DNA from: Nitrospirota bacterium
Lineage (GTDB): Bacteria; Nitrospirota; UBA9217
Direction: 5' to 3'
Length of the DNA stretch: 45,460 nucleotides
NCBI GenBank assembly: GCA_021783455.1
Contig: JAJXTW010000001.1
Location: forward strand, 1-45,460
Both the position numbers and the translations under genes were made by a program. Below, piece by piece: positions 1 to 8,065 of the stretch (its first letter is position 1; each line of letters begins with the position of its first letter). The notes below the pieces were generated by a model. The model did no database searches and was not told the DNA's origin. It was given only the letters and a program-made list of their open reading frames with translations.

Positions 1-861
1 TACAGCTCTCACTATCGGACACGAAGCATAGGCAATAATACGTTCCGCCGTACTGCCCATGATCGCCTTGTTCATGCCGCGCCATCCATGGGTCCCGACG
101 ACGATCAGGTCGTGTTTCATCGTGTCGGCGATCTCAACGATCTTGTCTCCGGCATGGCCTTCCAGCACCACTGCCTTGATCTGGGCCCCCTGCTTGGCGG
201 CAAGTTTCTTCGCGCCAGCCACGATCTTTTCCGCTTCCTGGTAGAGGCTCTTCTTGATGGTTTCGGTCTTGAAAAAATCCATCATTTCTTCATACCGGGG
301 GATCACATACAAGACCGAGATTTCCGAGCCGTCGGATTTCGACAAGTCGCAGGCGCGGCCGAGAGCTTTTTTGCTCGACTCCGACCCGTCAAAGGGAACC
401 AGGAGAGAATGATAGGAGCCCACGCAATCGGCGCAGGGCTTTTTCACAACCAGGACATCGCAGGGAGAATTAAGAACGACTTGCGACGTCACGCTGCCCA
501 TGAGCAGCCGCTTGAGCCCTTTTCTTCCGTACGTGCCGAGGGCGATCAGGTCGGCCTTCTTCCCCTGGGCGACGTCGACAATCACCTCCGGAGGCTCGCC
601 CTCGCAAATGATCGACTCCACATTTCCGTTCAGCCCGTATTCGGCCTGAAGGTTCTTCTTCGCCTCCAGACAGACGTGCGTGCCCACTTCCAGTCGTTTT
701 TCTATCTGCGAAGGAAGGGCGGCAAACTCCTCCTGGTCGAAGTAGACCGCGTGGACGAGATAAATCTTCCCCGTTCCTGCCTTAATGCGAAGCGACACTT
801 CTTTCAGCGCGGCCTTGCTCGACAAGGATTCATCATATCCGACGACAATAGATTTATACAT
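1..861 (-). CDS. tandem universal stress protein (two UspA domains); 3' end lies outside the window
   Basis: Absent from the supplied ORF track because it has no stop inside the window. A reverse-strand ATG at 861 opens a frame that stays open to base 1 (287 codons): MYKSIVVGYDESLSSKAALKEV...GTYGRKGLKRLLMGSVTSQVVLNSPCDVLVVK...VVGTHGWRGMNKAIMGSTAERIIAYASCPIV. It carries two USP-type G-x2-G-x9-G(S/T) nucleotide loops. The plus-strand ORF 88..867 is its antisense shadow. Confidence 0.8.
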   Translation of the reverse strand, partial: MYKSIVVGYDESLSSKAALKEVSLRIKAGTGKIYLVHAVYFDQEEFAALPSQIEKRLEVGTHVCLEAKKNLQAEYGLNGNVESIICEGEPPEVIVDVAQGKKADLIALGTYGRKGLKRLLMGSVTSQVVLNSPCDVLVVKKPCADCVGSYHSLLVPFDGSESSKKALGRACDLSKSDGSEISVLYVIPRYEEMMDFFKTETIKKSLYQEAEKIVAGAKKLAAKQGAQIKAVVLEGHAGDKIVEIADTMKHDLIVVGTHGWRGMNKAIMGSTAERIIAYASCPIVRAV

Positions 862-863
862 GA

Positions 864-1700
864 TTAATGAGCGCCTCCGCCTTTTCTGAACACAAGACTG
901 ACGCCGAAGCCCGCACCCAGCGCAACGCCGATCGAGAGGAAACCATAGAACGCGGCGTTGTTTTTCGCCATGGTCGCCAGCGCTTTGACCATGCCGACCT
1001 GTTCGACGTTCACCTTTGCCTCGGCCTGTTCCACGACCTTGCCGCTCTTGACGGCATAGACCGAGACCAGATAGTCGCCGGGCTGAGCCTGGTAAGGCCA
1101 GTCGGTCAGGATATAGTAATCCTGACGGCCGTCCTTGGTCATCGTTGTCTCGATCTTTCCGAACGACGTAGCATAGACCTTGGAATCCTCTTTGAATCTG
1201 ACGAATTCGCTGAACCACTTGGCCTTTTCTTCTTCATTCGCAACGGGAGAGACCTCGACGTGCTTCTGCAGAGCAGTGTAACCGATGGTATATTTTTCCA
1301 TTTCGTCCCGGCTCAGGATATCATCGATCTTCTTCGTGCTGAAGACCTCGTAAAAGTTCGGCGTGTTCTCGAACTTGAGCTGCCCCACGTTCATCCAGAG
1401 CATGCCGCCGACCTTGCCCTTCTGCTTTAATACCTGGTGCCCCTCGGGAGAGGTTATCTTGATGACCAGGTCCACGTTCGGGTCCGCTTCTCCGCGAACG
1501 CTCACGGAGCTTCCGTGATAGAAGAAGTCGATCGTGATGTGGTCGTGGTTCGCCCTGGCCGTGAGCATGGCGGAAGCCGGTTTAGCGGCGACGAGTTGGA
1601 ACAGGGAATACACCAACAAGAGCAGCAACGTGCCGAGGAATCTCGTACTGCCGATAAATCTCGCATAATGAATGATGAACGAATGAAGATGCATATGCAT
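864..1700 (-). CDS. exported, C-terminally membrane-anchored protein, TIGR02186-like (uncharacterised partner of TauE/SafE permeases)
   Basis: 278-aa ORF with an N-terminal hydrophobic signal/anchor (LGTLLLLLVYSLFQLVAA) and a C-terminal TM helix (FYGFLSIGVALGAGFGVSLVF). The motif layout HITIDFFYHGSSVSVRGEA...GGMLWMNVGQ...TPNFYEVFS matches my memory of TIGR02186. An ATGA start/stop overlap with the upstream permease lies at 1700-1703. The family assignment is from memory, not searched. Confidence 0.6.
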   Translation of the reverse strand: MHMHLHSFIIHYARFIGSTRFLGTLLLLLVYSLFQLVAAKPASAMLTARANHDHITIDFFYHGSSVSVRGEADPNVDLVIKITSPEGHQVLKQKGKVGGMLWMNVGQLKFENTPNFYEVFSTKKIDDILSRDEMEKYTIGYTALQKHVEVSPVANEEEKAKWFSEFVRFKEDSKVYATSFGKIETTMTKDGRQDYYILTDWPYQAQPGDYLVSVYAVKSGKVVEQAEAKVNVEQVGMVKALATMAKNNAAFYGFLSIGVALGAGFGVSLVFRKGGGAH

Positions 1701-2626
1701 TAGTGGCCTCCTGCCTGAGAGAGAAGTAACGACGGGGTAAGCGTCAGTTCGAAAATGATTTTGACCGTCACCGCCAGCACGATGCCGGCGAGCAATATTT
1801 TGAGCTGCTCTGCCTTCAGTTTCCTGCCGAACACCGCGCCGACTTGGGCGCCCACAGTGGAGCCCAGAAGCAGCAGCACGGCCAGGATAAAGTCCACGCT
1901 GTGGTTGGTATAGGCCTGGAGGAACGTGACCTCGATGCAGGTGAACAGGATCTGGAACAGGCTTGTTCCGACCACGACATGCATGGGCATGCGGAGCATA
2001 TAGACCATGATCGGCACCATCAGGAACCCGCCGCCCACGCCCATGATCGCGGCAAGAATGCCGACGAAAGCGCCGAGGACAATGGGTACGAAAACGGAAT
2101 GGGTGATGCCGGACTTTTCAAACCGGGTCTGGAGGGGGAGGGATTTGAGGAACCTGCCCATGGCCGATTCTTTCTCTGTCTTCGCTTCTTCGACCACGGC
2201 GTTCTTGTTCTTCTTCATGCTCTGAAGGCTTTCGACGAACATGTAAACGCCCACAATTCCGAGCATCAGGACGTAGGTCATCTTGATCACGAAATCCGCA
2301 TTGCCCATGGCACGCAGCAGCTTGATCCCCTGCACGCCCACAACGCCGCCCAGAGAACCGCCGACCAGGAGGTAGAGCCCCATTTTAAAATCAACATTGC
2401 CGACCTTCCAGTGCGCGTAGGTGCCGGACGTCGACGCAGCCACGATCTGGTTGGAATCGGTCGCCGCAGCAACCGTCGAGGGAATGCCGAACATGATGAG
2501 AAGTGGTGTCATGAGAAAACCGCCGCCTACGCCGAACAGTCCGGAAAGCAGCCCCACTGCAAGCCCCAGCCCCACAGGAACCAAAATATTGATGCTCGTT
2601 AATGCCACCGGTAAATACAAGTACAT
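1700..2626 (-). CDS. TauE/SafE (DUF81) family anion permease (sulfite-exporter family)
   Basis: 308 aa and polytopic. The duplicated glycine-rich TM motif typical of DUF81 is present: GLLSGLFGVGGGFLMTPLL and GILAAIMGVGGGFLMVPIM. Confidence 0.9.
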   Translation of the reverse strand: MYLYLPVALTSINILVPVGLGLAVGLLSGLFGVGGGFLMTPLLIMFGIPSTVAAATDSNQIVAASTSGTYAHWKVGNVDFKMGLYLLVGGSLGGVVGVQGIKLLRAMGNADFVIKMTYVLMLGIVGVYMFVESLQSMKKNKNAVVEEAKTEKESAMGRFLKSLPLQTRFEKSGITHSVFVPIVLGAFVGILAAIMGVGGGFLMVPIMVYMLRMPMHVVVGTSLFQILFTCIEVTFLQAYTNHSVDFILAVLLLLGSTVGAQVGAVFGRKLKAEQLKILLAGIVLAVTVKIIFELTLTPSLLLSQAGGH

Positions 2627-2719
2627 TGTCCCACTCCTTCTCTTCGAATTTTAAATACGGCACTCTATTCTCAATCGCTCTCCGGAGAACATTGTTTTCC
2701 GAAGAATAAACGGAAAAGT

Positions 2720-3220
2720 TCAGCAGGCCACGCCACAGGCTTGCCTGGTCATGGTCACAATCGGCCGCGAAGCAGTCCGGACAAGCCGGTTCAGATCCTT
2801 GGATGAAACCGTGTCGCTCCCGGTCACCGCAGGGCTTAGGACCACCTTGTCGATCCCTGCATGGTTCTTCAGGAACGCCCTGATTCCCGATACCACATCG
2901 AGATCGGTGTCCTGGGCGCTCACCTGGATTCCTTCCCTGCGGCATTTTTCAACGAGCCCGGCAAGCACTTTTTCATAACGTCCTTCCGCGCCGTCGGAAC
3001 CGTTTTGCATGATCTCGCGTGCCGTCTCATGTTCATCGGCTTCAGCAAAACTCACCGCTGTCATCAGGTTTCCAAGCTTGTCCATGAGGTTGCTCTTCTT
3101 CTGGACCAGCAGAAGCGTGATGTCCTCGTACATCGCTTTGGCCAGCTCGATGGCGTAAGAAACGCCTTCTTCGAGATTCTCATCACGGTACGTGACAAAC
3201 AATAACTGTCTCTTTCCCAT
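2720..3220 (-). CDS. USP-like (adenine-nucleotide alpha-hydrolase fold) hypothetical protein
   Basis: 166-aa ORF with an AAGGAGG Shine-Dalgarno 6 nt upstream of the ATG. It has a USP-like alternation of hydrophobic strands (LLFVTY, ITLLLV, KVVLSP, PIVTM) but no clear ATP-loop motif. It is the first gene behind the sigma-54 promoter. Confidence 0.55.
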   Translation of the reverse strand: MGKRQLLFVTYRDENLEEGVSYAIELAKAMYEDITLLLVQKKSNLMDKLGNLMTAVSFAEADEHETAREIMQNGSDGAEGRYEKVLAGLVEKCRREGIQVSAQDTDLDVVSGIRAFLKNHAGIDKVVLSPAVTGSDTVSSKDLNRLVRTASRPIVTMTRQACGVAC

Positions 3221-3259
3221 TTCCGCCTCCTTATACTGTGCTTCTATGACCAGTAATAT

Positions 3260-3275
3260 AGCAATGCTGATGCCA
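3260..3275 (-). promoter_or_regulatory. sigma-54 (RpoN) -24/-12 promoter
   Basis: The reverse strand reads TGGCAT-cagca-TTGCT, matching the consensus TGGCAC-N5-TTGCW with correct GG/GC spacing. It lies about 40 nt upstream of the ATG at 3220. Two sigma-54-dependent activators are encoded in the same window. Confidence 0.55.
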
Positions 3276-3310
3276 TAAGATAATGCACTGTTTTCATTAG
3301 ATAATTAAAT

Positions 3311-3373
3311 ATGAACTCACAATGATACTGTTTCATATATGAACTGTCATGGAACACAATGGCAGGTATGAAC
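3311..3373. promoter_or_regulatory. candidate enhancer (UAS) array: ATGAAC half-sites including the 12-bp palindrome TTCATATATGAA
   Basis: ATGAAC occurs at 3311-3316 and 3368-3373. A perfect palindrome TTCATATATGAA lies at 3332-3343. The array sits 40-110 bp upstream of the sigma-54 promoter, where bEBP sites normally lie. Confidence 0.3.
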
Positions 3374-3632
3374 AGAGAGGAATGATGGGGTAAATTTTGC
3401 TTACCCCCTTTGTTTGCAGGCATTAAATGCGTTTATACCTGCGGATATTATCTCGTTGGGAAATCATGGAAACGGTTATGAAGAACGTTTAAATATGGAA
3501 CATAAAACTGTTTTGCATTTTTAAAATTATCTGGTAGCATGATCGCGAATAAAAAGCTGTCATAAAAGATATTTGATAAGGGATAACGGCATTTTTTTAA
3601 AACGTTGCTCCTTTAGGGAGTGAACTAGAACT

Positions 3633-4244
3633 ATGGCGGAAGGCAATAACCCCGGCGAGGACAAGGCATGGGAGATTCTATCAATACGAAATCCTGAAGA
3701 GGTCTGCAGGGCAGCGTCCATTGCCTATGATGCCGCGGCAGGAATATATCGGGTAACGTCATTCAACATGGAAGTCGCTGTCGACGTGAAGAACAGGGCT
3801 ATCACGAGTTCCGCGCCCGGAAGTGAGGTGCTGCTGAAGCGGTTAAGTTATTTCTTTAAGCTGTCGGCTCTTTGGTACCTGGTTAGTGCCAAGGATATCG
3901 ACTGCACCGGCAGGCCCGTGAAGCTCGACCATGTTAAAGGTGGGGATGCTTTTACACGGGGATCGCACGTCTTGCCGCTCGAGGGTATTGCGAACAAATA
4001 CGGAAGGAACAAGGAAGGATTTGTCGAAAAAGGAAAACAACTCGGTGGTGTGCTTGTGAAAAACGGCGATGTCTCAATCCGCTTCTCACCCCTGCCGCGG
4101 GTTCCGGTCACTTTAACACTCTGGCTTGAAGACGAGGAGTTTCCCGCCCGCGTGGATTTGTTGTTTGATTCCACCTGCGAATTACAGATACCGACAGACA
4201 TCATCTGGTCCATTGCGATGATGACCGCGCTGATAATACTGTGA
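3633..4244 (+). CDS. DUF3786-like protein
   Basis: 203 aa with an AGGGAG Shine-Dalgarno upstream. The C-terminal signature LTLWLEDEEFPARVDLLFDSTCE matches my recollection of the DUF3786 LW-GDEEFP / ILFD motif. A 7-bp hairpin (4245-4262) directly follows the stop. Confidence 0.55.
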   Translation: MAEGNNPGEDKAWEILSIRNPEEVCRAASIAYDAAAGIYRVTSFNMEVAVDVKNRAITSSAPGSEVLLKRLSYFFKLSALWYLVSAKDIDCTGRPVKLDHVKGGDAFTRGSHVLPLEGIANKYGRNKEGFVEKGKQLGGVLVKNGDVSIRFSPLPRVPVTLTLWLEDEEFPARVDLLFDSTCELQIPTDIIWSIAMMTALIIL

Positions 4245-4476
4245 AGGCAGCAAGAGCTGCCTGACTCATACCCCTGTTCGCTGTACTCATTCATCGCGCA
4301 GCACGGGCGAGAACGGATTGATATCAGTACTGCACAAACTCTTTTTCCCCGTCATCTCCCTTGCCGCCCGCTCTCAGGCCTAGGGTCACTCCCCCGAAGA
4401 CGGGTCGGAATTTCCGGCATAAGCCTGCAGTCGAAAGGCGAATCGCCTTGACCCGCTCCGGCGATGCAAGCATCCG

Positions 4477-4650
4477 TTACTTCTTTATATACTGGGGGTA
4501 AAGCCTCTGCATGCATTCAGGACAGATGCCGTGGCTGAATTCGGCCCCCGAGTGTTCGCTGATATATATTTCCAACGTGTTCCAGGAGCCCTTGTCATCC
4601 CTGATCTTCTTGCAGGAAGAACAGATCGGCAATACGCTCAGCGTCTTCAC
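4477..4650 (-). CDS. possible 57-aa Cys4/His zinc-ribbon mini-protein (GTG start) or orphaned C-terminal module
   Basis: The reverse frame is open from 4686 to the stop at 4477-4479 and contains no ATG. A GTG at 4650 would give MKTLSVLPICSSCKKIRDDKGSWNTLEIYISEHSGAEFSHGICPECMQRLYPQYIKK. The CxxCKKIRDD...FSHGICPEC motif is one I recognise from the C-termini of deltaproteobacterial sensory proteins. The Shine-Dalgarno is weak. Confidence 0.35.
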   Translation of the reverse strand: MKTLSVLPICSSCKKIRDDKGSWNTLEIYISEHSGAEFSHGICPECMQRLYPQYIKK

Positions 4651-5123
4651 CTCAAAACCGCGTCGCTCGTGCTGTTCAGGATGGCTTCATGGATGGAAAC
4701 GAATAGTTGCAAACTCACTCTCAACACCAATTAAATGTCACGGCAAGCAATCATACCAATTTAGGAAGGGGTGCGTCCTGAAAAAATCAGTAACAATAGC
4801 GTGGGAACTGTTCGAGGGTCTGGGAAGATCAACACTTACAAAAGTATGCCGGAAAGGAAACCGCCCATTTCCGGGCGTGCAGAACACCTTCGAAAAATAT
4901 TTTGGATGGATTCGGATTCGACAGAAAATGACCTGCGGTCTACAGGACTAACGGCTCCTCGCGCCAAATCACTGAAGAAGGGGCGTTTAGGCACACTTCT
5001 TCAGATACTATTTGCACAAGGAACCGTGGTGTGCCATTCGCATGGAGGCTCCCGTGTTTCAACCGTGACGGGCAGCCGCCGGGGACTTGATTTTAGTAAT
5101 CACCACAAGGTGCTCGCAGGGAC

Positions 5124-5312
5124 TTACTGGACGATGCTCTCCATCGTAACATTCAGATAGTCCGCCAGCTGTTTCACCGTCCGCGGTTTCATCGTTACTC
5201 CTTTGAGCGTCCTGGAAACCGTCACCTTATGAATACCCAGTTTGGCCGCAATTTCCGTATAGCTCAGTCCTTTTTCCAGCCGTTTTCTCTCGAGAACTTC
5301 AATCTTATACAT
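5124..5312 (-). CDS. small XRE-family helix-turn-helix transcriptional regulator
   Basis: 62 aa. The HTH segment LSYTEIAAKLGIHKVTVSRTLKG is present, and GAGGAGG lies upstream of the ATG. Confidence 0.7.
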   Translation of the reverse strand: MYKIEVLERKRLEKGLSYTEIAAKLGIHKVTVSRTLKGVTMKPRTVKQLADYLNVTMESIVQ

Positions 5313-5419
5313 GGTGTGTTCCTCCTCTTTCCGTTATATTTTTCTAATTTGTAATATGGCATATCGGTCAAAATCTGATCTTCCCACGCTGCCTCCCTGG
5401 TGAACCATTCGATGCTGAT

Positions 5420-5614
5420 TCATGTTTTTTGCTGCGGAATGCTCCATGGGATGGCATCTTCCTTTCCATATAAAAGTATGCCGCGAGACAGAGGACATTT
5501 TATGTAATGGGTGGAATTACAATATTCCTCAAGCTCGAATAAACTCGGGATATAGACCGCTCTATCTGCAGTACAAGACGCAATACGTGTATCGGAGAGA
5601 TGAGGGCATTTCAT
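5420..5614 (-). CDS. small Cys-rich hypothetical protein
   Basis: 64 aa: MKCPHLSD..IASC...LEEYCNSTHYIKCP. The four or five Cys are arranged as in small conserved hypothetical proteins of anaerobic delta-type genomes (from memory). The mirror ORF 5422..5616 on the plus strand is compositionally poorer. Confidence 0.4.
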   Translation of the reverse strand: MKCPHLSDTRIASCTADRAVYIPSLFELEEYCNSTHYIKCPLSRGILLYGKEDAIPWSIPQQKT

Positions 5615-5803
5615 AATTCTTACCTTCCGTTGCAGATTTCAACTGCCTGATGATAACTTGAGACATACGTTGCAATTAGCTTATCCTGAGAGAGCCAAAA
5701 AAGTAAGGGGAAAAAGCTTATTTTTTTGTAGGACCATTCTGTTTTATTTGTCAGAATATTCCTACACACCCTCCAAACTGAGTTTCCGAATTTTGGAAGC
5801 AGT

Positions 5804-6433
5804 TCAGATGAGTTTGTTCTCGATGACGTAACGGGTTATTCCCGCATTGCTCTTCATGCGCATTTTGGCGAGCAATCGGGTCCGATAGGTGCTGATAGTC
5901 TTTACGCTGAGCGATAATTCGTCCGCAATCTCTGTCAGTGTTTTCCCGCCGGCAAGCATGATCATAATCTGATACTCGCGGTCGGAAAGCTGTTCATGGA
6001 GCGGCTTATCCGAATAGTTTCCCAGCTTATGGGCGAGCCTCTCGGCAAGTGAAGAACTGATGTACTTTCCGCCCGACGATACCTTTCTGATGGCCGCAAT
6101 CAACTCGTCAGGTGCGCTTTCCTTGGTGAGATAGCCGGCGGCGCCGGAGCGAAGCGCCCGGATGGCGTATTGTTCTTCGGGGTACATGCTCAGCATAAGG
6201 ACGGCAAGTTTCGGCCGTTGATTTTTCAGCTCCTTCAACACCTCGAGTCCGTCCCTCCCGGGCATGGAGATGTCCAGCAAGATCAGATCGTAATCGTCCT
6301 TGCTTACTTTTTCCATCACTTCCTGTCCGTTCCGGGCTTCACCTGCCACGACGATATCGGGCATCTCGGCGATAATCTGCTCAATGCCTTTTCGGACGAT
6401 CACATGGTCATCTGCCACCAGCAATTTAATCAA
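5804..6433 (-). CDS. NarL/LuxR-family response regulator (REC + LuxR HTH)
   Basis: Contains LLVADDHVIVRKG...DLILLDISMPGRDG (receiver Asp) and a C-terminal LSDREYQIMIMLAGGKTLTEIADELSLSVKTISTYRTR. I place the start at the TTG at 6433, preceded by GGAGAGGGG 5 nt upstream. The track ORF extends to 6511 through an Arg-rich, non-receiver leader. Confidence 0.85.
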   Translation of the reverse strand: MIKLLVADDHVIVRKGIEQIIAEMPDIVVAGEARNGQEVMEKVSKDDYDLILLDISMPGRDGLEVLKELKNQRPKLAVLMLSMYPEEQYAIRALRSGAAGYLTKESAPDELIAAIRKVSSGGKYISSSLAERLAHKLGNYSDKPLHEQLSDREYQIMIMLAGGKTLTEIADELSLSVKTISTYRTRLLAKMRMKSNAGITRYVIENKLI

Positions 6434-6641
6434 CTCGTCCCCTCTCCTCACAGCCCCGGTACGGTGACGTTGGCGCCCGATCGGGGCCGGTTCCGATCGT
6501 CTGCTCCTCAACTTACCCTCCTCCTTGGCCGAGCTTACCGGATTGCATGGAACCGGTTCTCCCAGTCAATGTTCCATTCGTCCCTTCTCGTCGTACTCTT
6601 ACAAGGGATGTTTTTCTGACAGCATGTACGCGCGTAGGTAA

Positions 6642-6650
6642 ATTATAGCA
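6642..6650 (-). promoter_or_regulatory. extended -10 promoter element (TGcTATAAT)
   Basis: The reverse strand reads tTGcTATAATtt, a perfect -10 hexamer with an upstream TGn. It lies in the gap between the NtrC-type regulator stop (6696) and the LuxR-type regulator start (6433). No good -35 is present. Confidence 0.3.
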
Positions 6651-6695
6651 AACTTTGGAGATGACGTGTGTGAGGGAGAAGCCTGGGAAATCCGA

Positions 6696-8024
6696 TTAGT
6701 CCTTCAAAATTCGCCAGAGGCTCGTCCGCGAAATGCCGAGTACTTCCGCGGCTTTGGACTTATTGCCTCCGAGCATATCGATCACTTTTTCGGCATAATC
6801 CTTGTTCAGCTCTTCCATGGTCTTGATCTTGTCCGGCTCGATAGTCTCGATTTGAAACATTTTGATGGTCTGAGGCAGGCTCTCGGGCGTAATGAGGCCC
6901 GTTTTTTCGAGGATGATCGCTCGCTCAACGATGTTTTCGAGTTCACGAACATTCCCCGGATAGCTGTAGTGCATCAGGACGTCCATTGCATCCTTCGTAA
7001 ACCCCGTGATCTTTTTGCGCGAACTCGGCAGGTGCTTCTCCAGGAAGTAGCTGCAAAGCGGAGGAATATCGTCCCTGCGGTCGCGGAGGGGCGGAATAAA
7101 GATTTCCATGATGTTCAGCCGGTAGTACAGATCCTCCCGGAACCTGCCCTCGGCAATCACCTTACGCACGTTTTGGTTCGTCGCTGCGATGAAACGCACA
7201 TCGACCCTGATGGGCTTCGTCCCGCCCACGCGATAGAATTCTCCTTCTTCAATCACCTTGAGCAACTTGGCCTGAAGTCCCGGCGCCATCTCGGCGATCT
7301 CATCCAGAAACAGCGTGCCGGTATCGGCAATTTCCACAAGCCCCTGTTTCGTCTTGATCGCCCCGGTAAAAGCGCCCTTTTCATGGCCGAAAAGTTCGCT
7401 TGCCAGAAGTTCCTCTGTCAAGGTCGCGCAGTTGATCGAAAGAAAGGGCATGTCCTGCCGCCTGCTCGTGTAGTGGATGATCTTGGCCAGCAGGCTTTTG
7501 CCTACGCCCGTCTCGCCGGTCAGAAGCACGTTGCAGTCCGACTCCTTCATCCCTTCGATGATGCCGAGGATGTGGTGCATGCTCGAGCTTTTTGCAATGA
7601 TCGACACCTTCTTATCAATGCCGACATAGGCCTTGAGCGCAATGTTCTCCTTTTTGATCGTGCGCTGCTCGCGGATCTTCTTGACCTTCAAAAGGAGTTC
7701 GTCGAGGTTGAATGGCTTCGTAACGTAATCGTAGGCGCCCTTCTTCATCGCCTCGATCACGGAACCGATGCTGCCGAAGCCCGTAATGATGATCACCTCT
7801 ACGTCAGCCTGGCGTTCCCGGATTTTTTCGAGCAGTTCCATCCCCGTCATCCCGGGCATTTTGATATCGGTGATCAGCAGGTCGAAGTGGTCTTCCTCGA
7901 TCTTCCGAAATGCATCCAGTCCGTTTTGGGCCCCGACCGTCACATAGCCTTCCTTCTGGAGGGCGTTGGTCATGTGTTTGAGGGTTATTTCCTCGTCTTC
8001 GGCTATGAGAATCTTAAATGCCAT
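6696..8024 (-). CDS. sigma-54-dependent (NtrC-family) response regulator
   Basis: 442 aa. Features are the receiver (DLLITDIKMPGMTG), the AAA+ domain with Walker A GETGVGKS, the sigma-54 contact loop GAFTGA, and a C-terminal Fis-type HTH (KSKAAEVLGISRTSLWRILK). Confidence 0.95.
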   Translation of the reverse strand: MAFKILIAEDEEITLKHMTNALQKEGYVTVGAQNGLDAFRKIEEDHFDLLITDIKMPGMTGMELLEKIRERQADVEVIIITGFGSIGSVIEAMKKGAYDYVTKPFNLDELLLKVKKIREQRTIKKENIALKAYVGIDKKVSIIAKSSSMHHILGIIEGMKESDCNVLLTGETGVGKSLLAKIIHYTSRRQDMPFLSINCATLTEELLASELFGHEKGAFTGAIKTKQGLVEIADTGTLFLDEIAEMAPGLQAKLLKVIEEGEFYRVGGTKPIRVDVRFIAATNQNVRKVIAEGRFREDLYYRLNIMEIFIPPLRDRRDDIPPLCSYFLEKHLPSSRKKITGFTKDAMDVLMHYSYPGNVRELENIVERAIILEKTGLITPESLPQTIKMFQIETIEPDKIKTMEELNKDYAEKVIDMLGGNKSKAAEVLGISRTSLWRILKD

Positions 8025-8065
8025 ATTGCTCCTTCCACCAGCCGGACAATCCCTGAATGCGGGGC

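Noticed and set aside
88-867. 259-aa plus-strand ORF at the left edge
   Set aside because: It is antisense to a much better reverse-strand reading, a tandem USP with canonical motifs that stays open from 861 to base 1. Its own product is Arg/His/Gly/Leu-rich with no recognisable motif.
3532-3546. Second sigma-54-like element (TGGTAG-catga-TCGC) on the plus strand upstream of the DUF3786-like gene
   Set aside because: The GG/GC spacing is correct, but both the -24 and -12 flanks deviate (TGGTAG rather than TGGCAC, TCGC rather than TTGC). It is too weak to call without TSS data.
4848-4876. Hairpin GCCGGAAA...TTTCCGGGC with a GGAAAC-containing loop, superficially like SRP-RNA or RNase P motifs
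   Set aside because: The flanking sequence lacks the conserved SRP domain IV symmetric-loop sequences and the RNase P P4 element (AGGAAAGUCCGGGC). Only a covariance-model scan could revive this idea.
4511-5160. Plus-strand ORFs 4511-4951, 4531-4734 and 4771-5160
   Set aside because: They overlap one another and neighbouring minus-strand genes. They lack Shine-Dalgarno sites and encode irregular Ser/Arg/Gly/Cys-rich sequences. I treat the region as non-coding or decayed (see the finding on 4245-5123).
5422-5616. 64-aa plus-strand ORF mirroring the 5420-5614 minus-strand ORF
   Set aside because: Only one of the pair can reasonably be real. The minus-strand product has an ordered Cys pattern and matches the orientation of the surrounding operon, so I prefer it, though with modest confidence.
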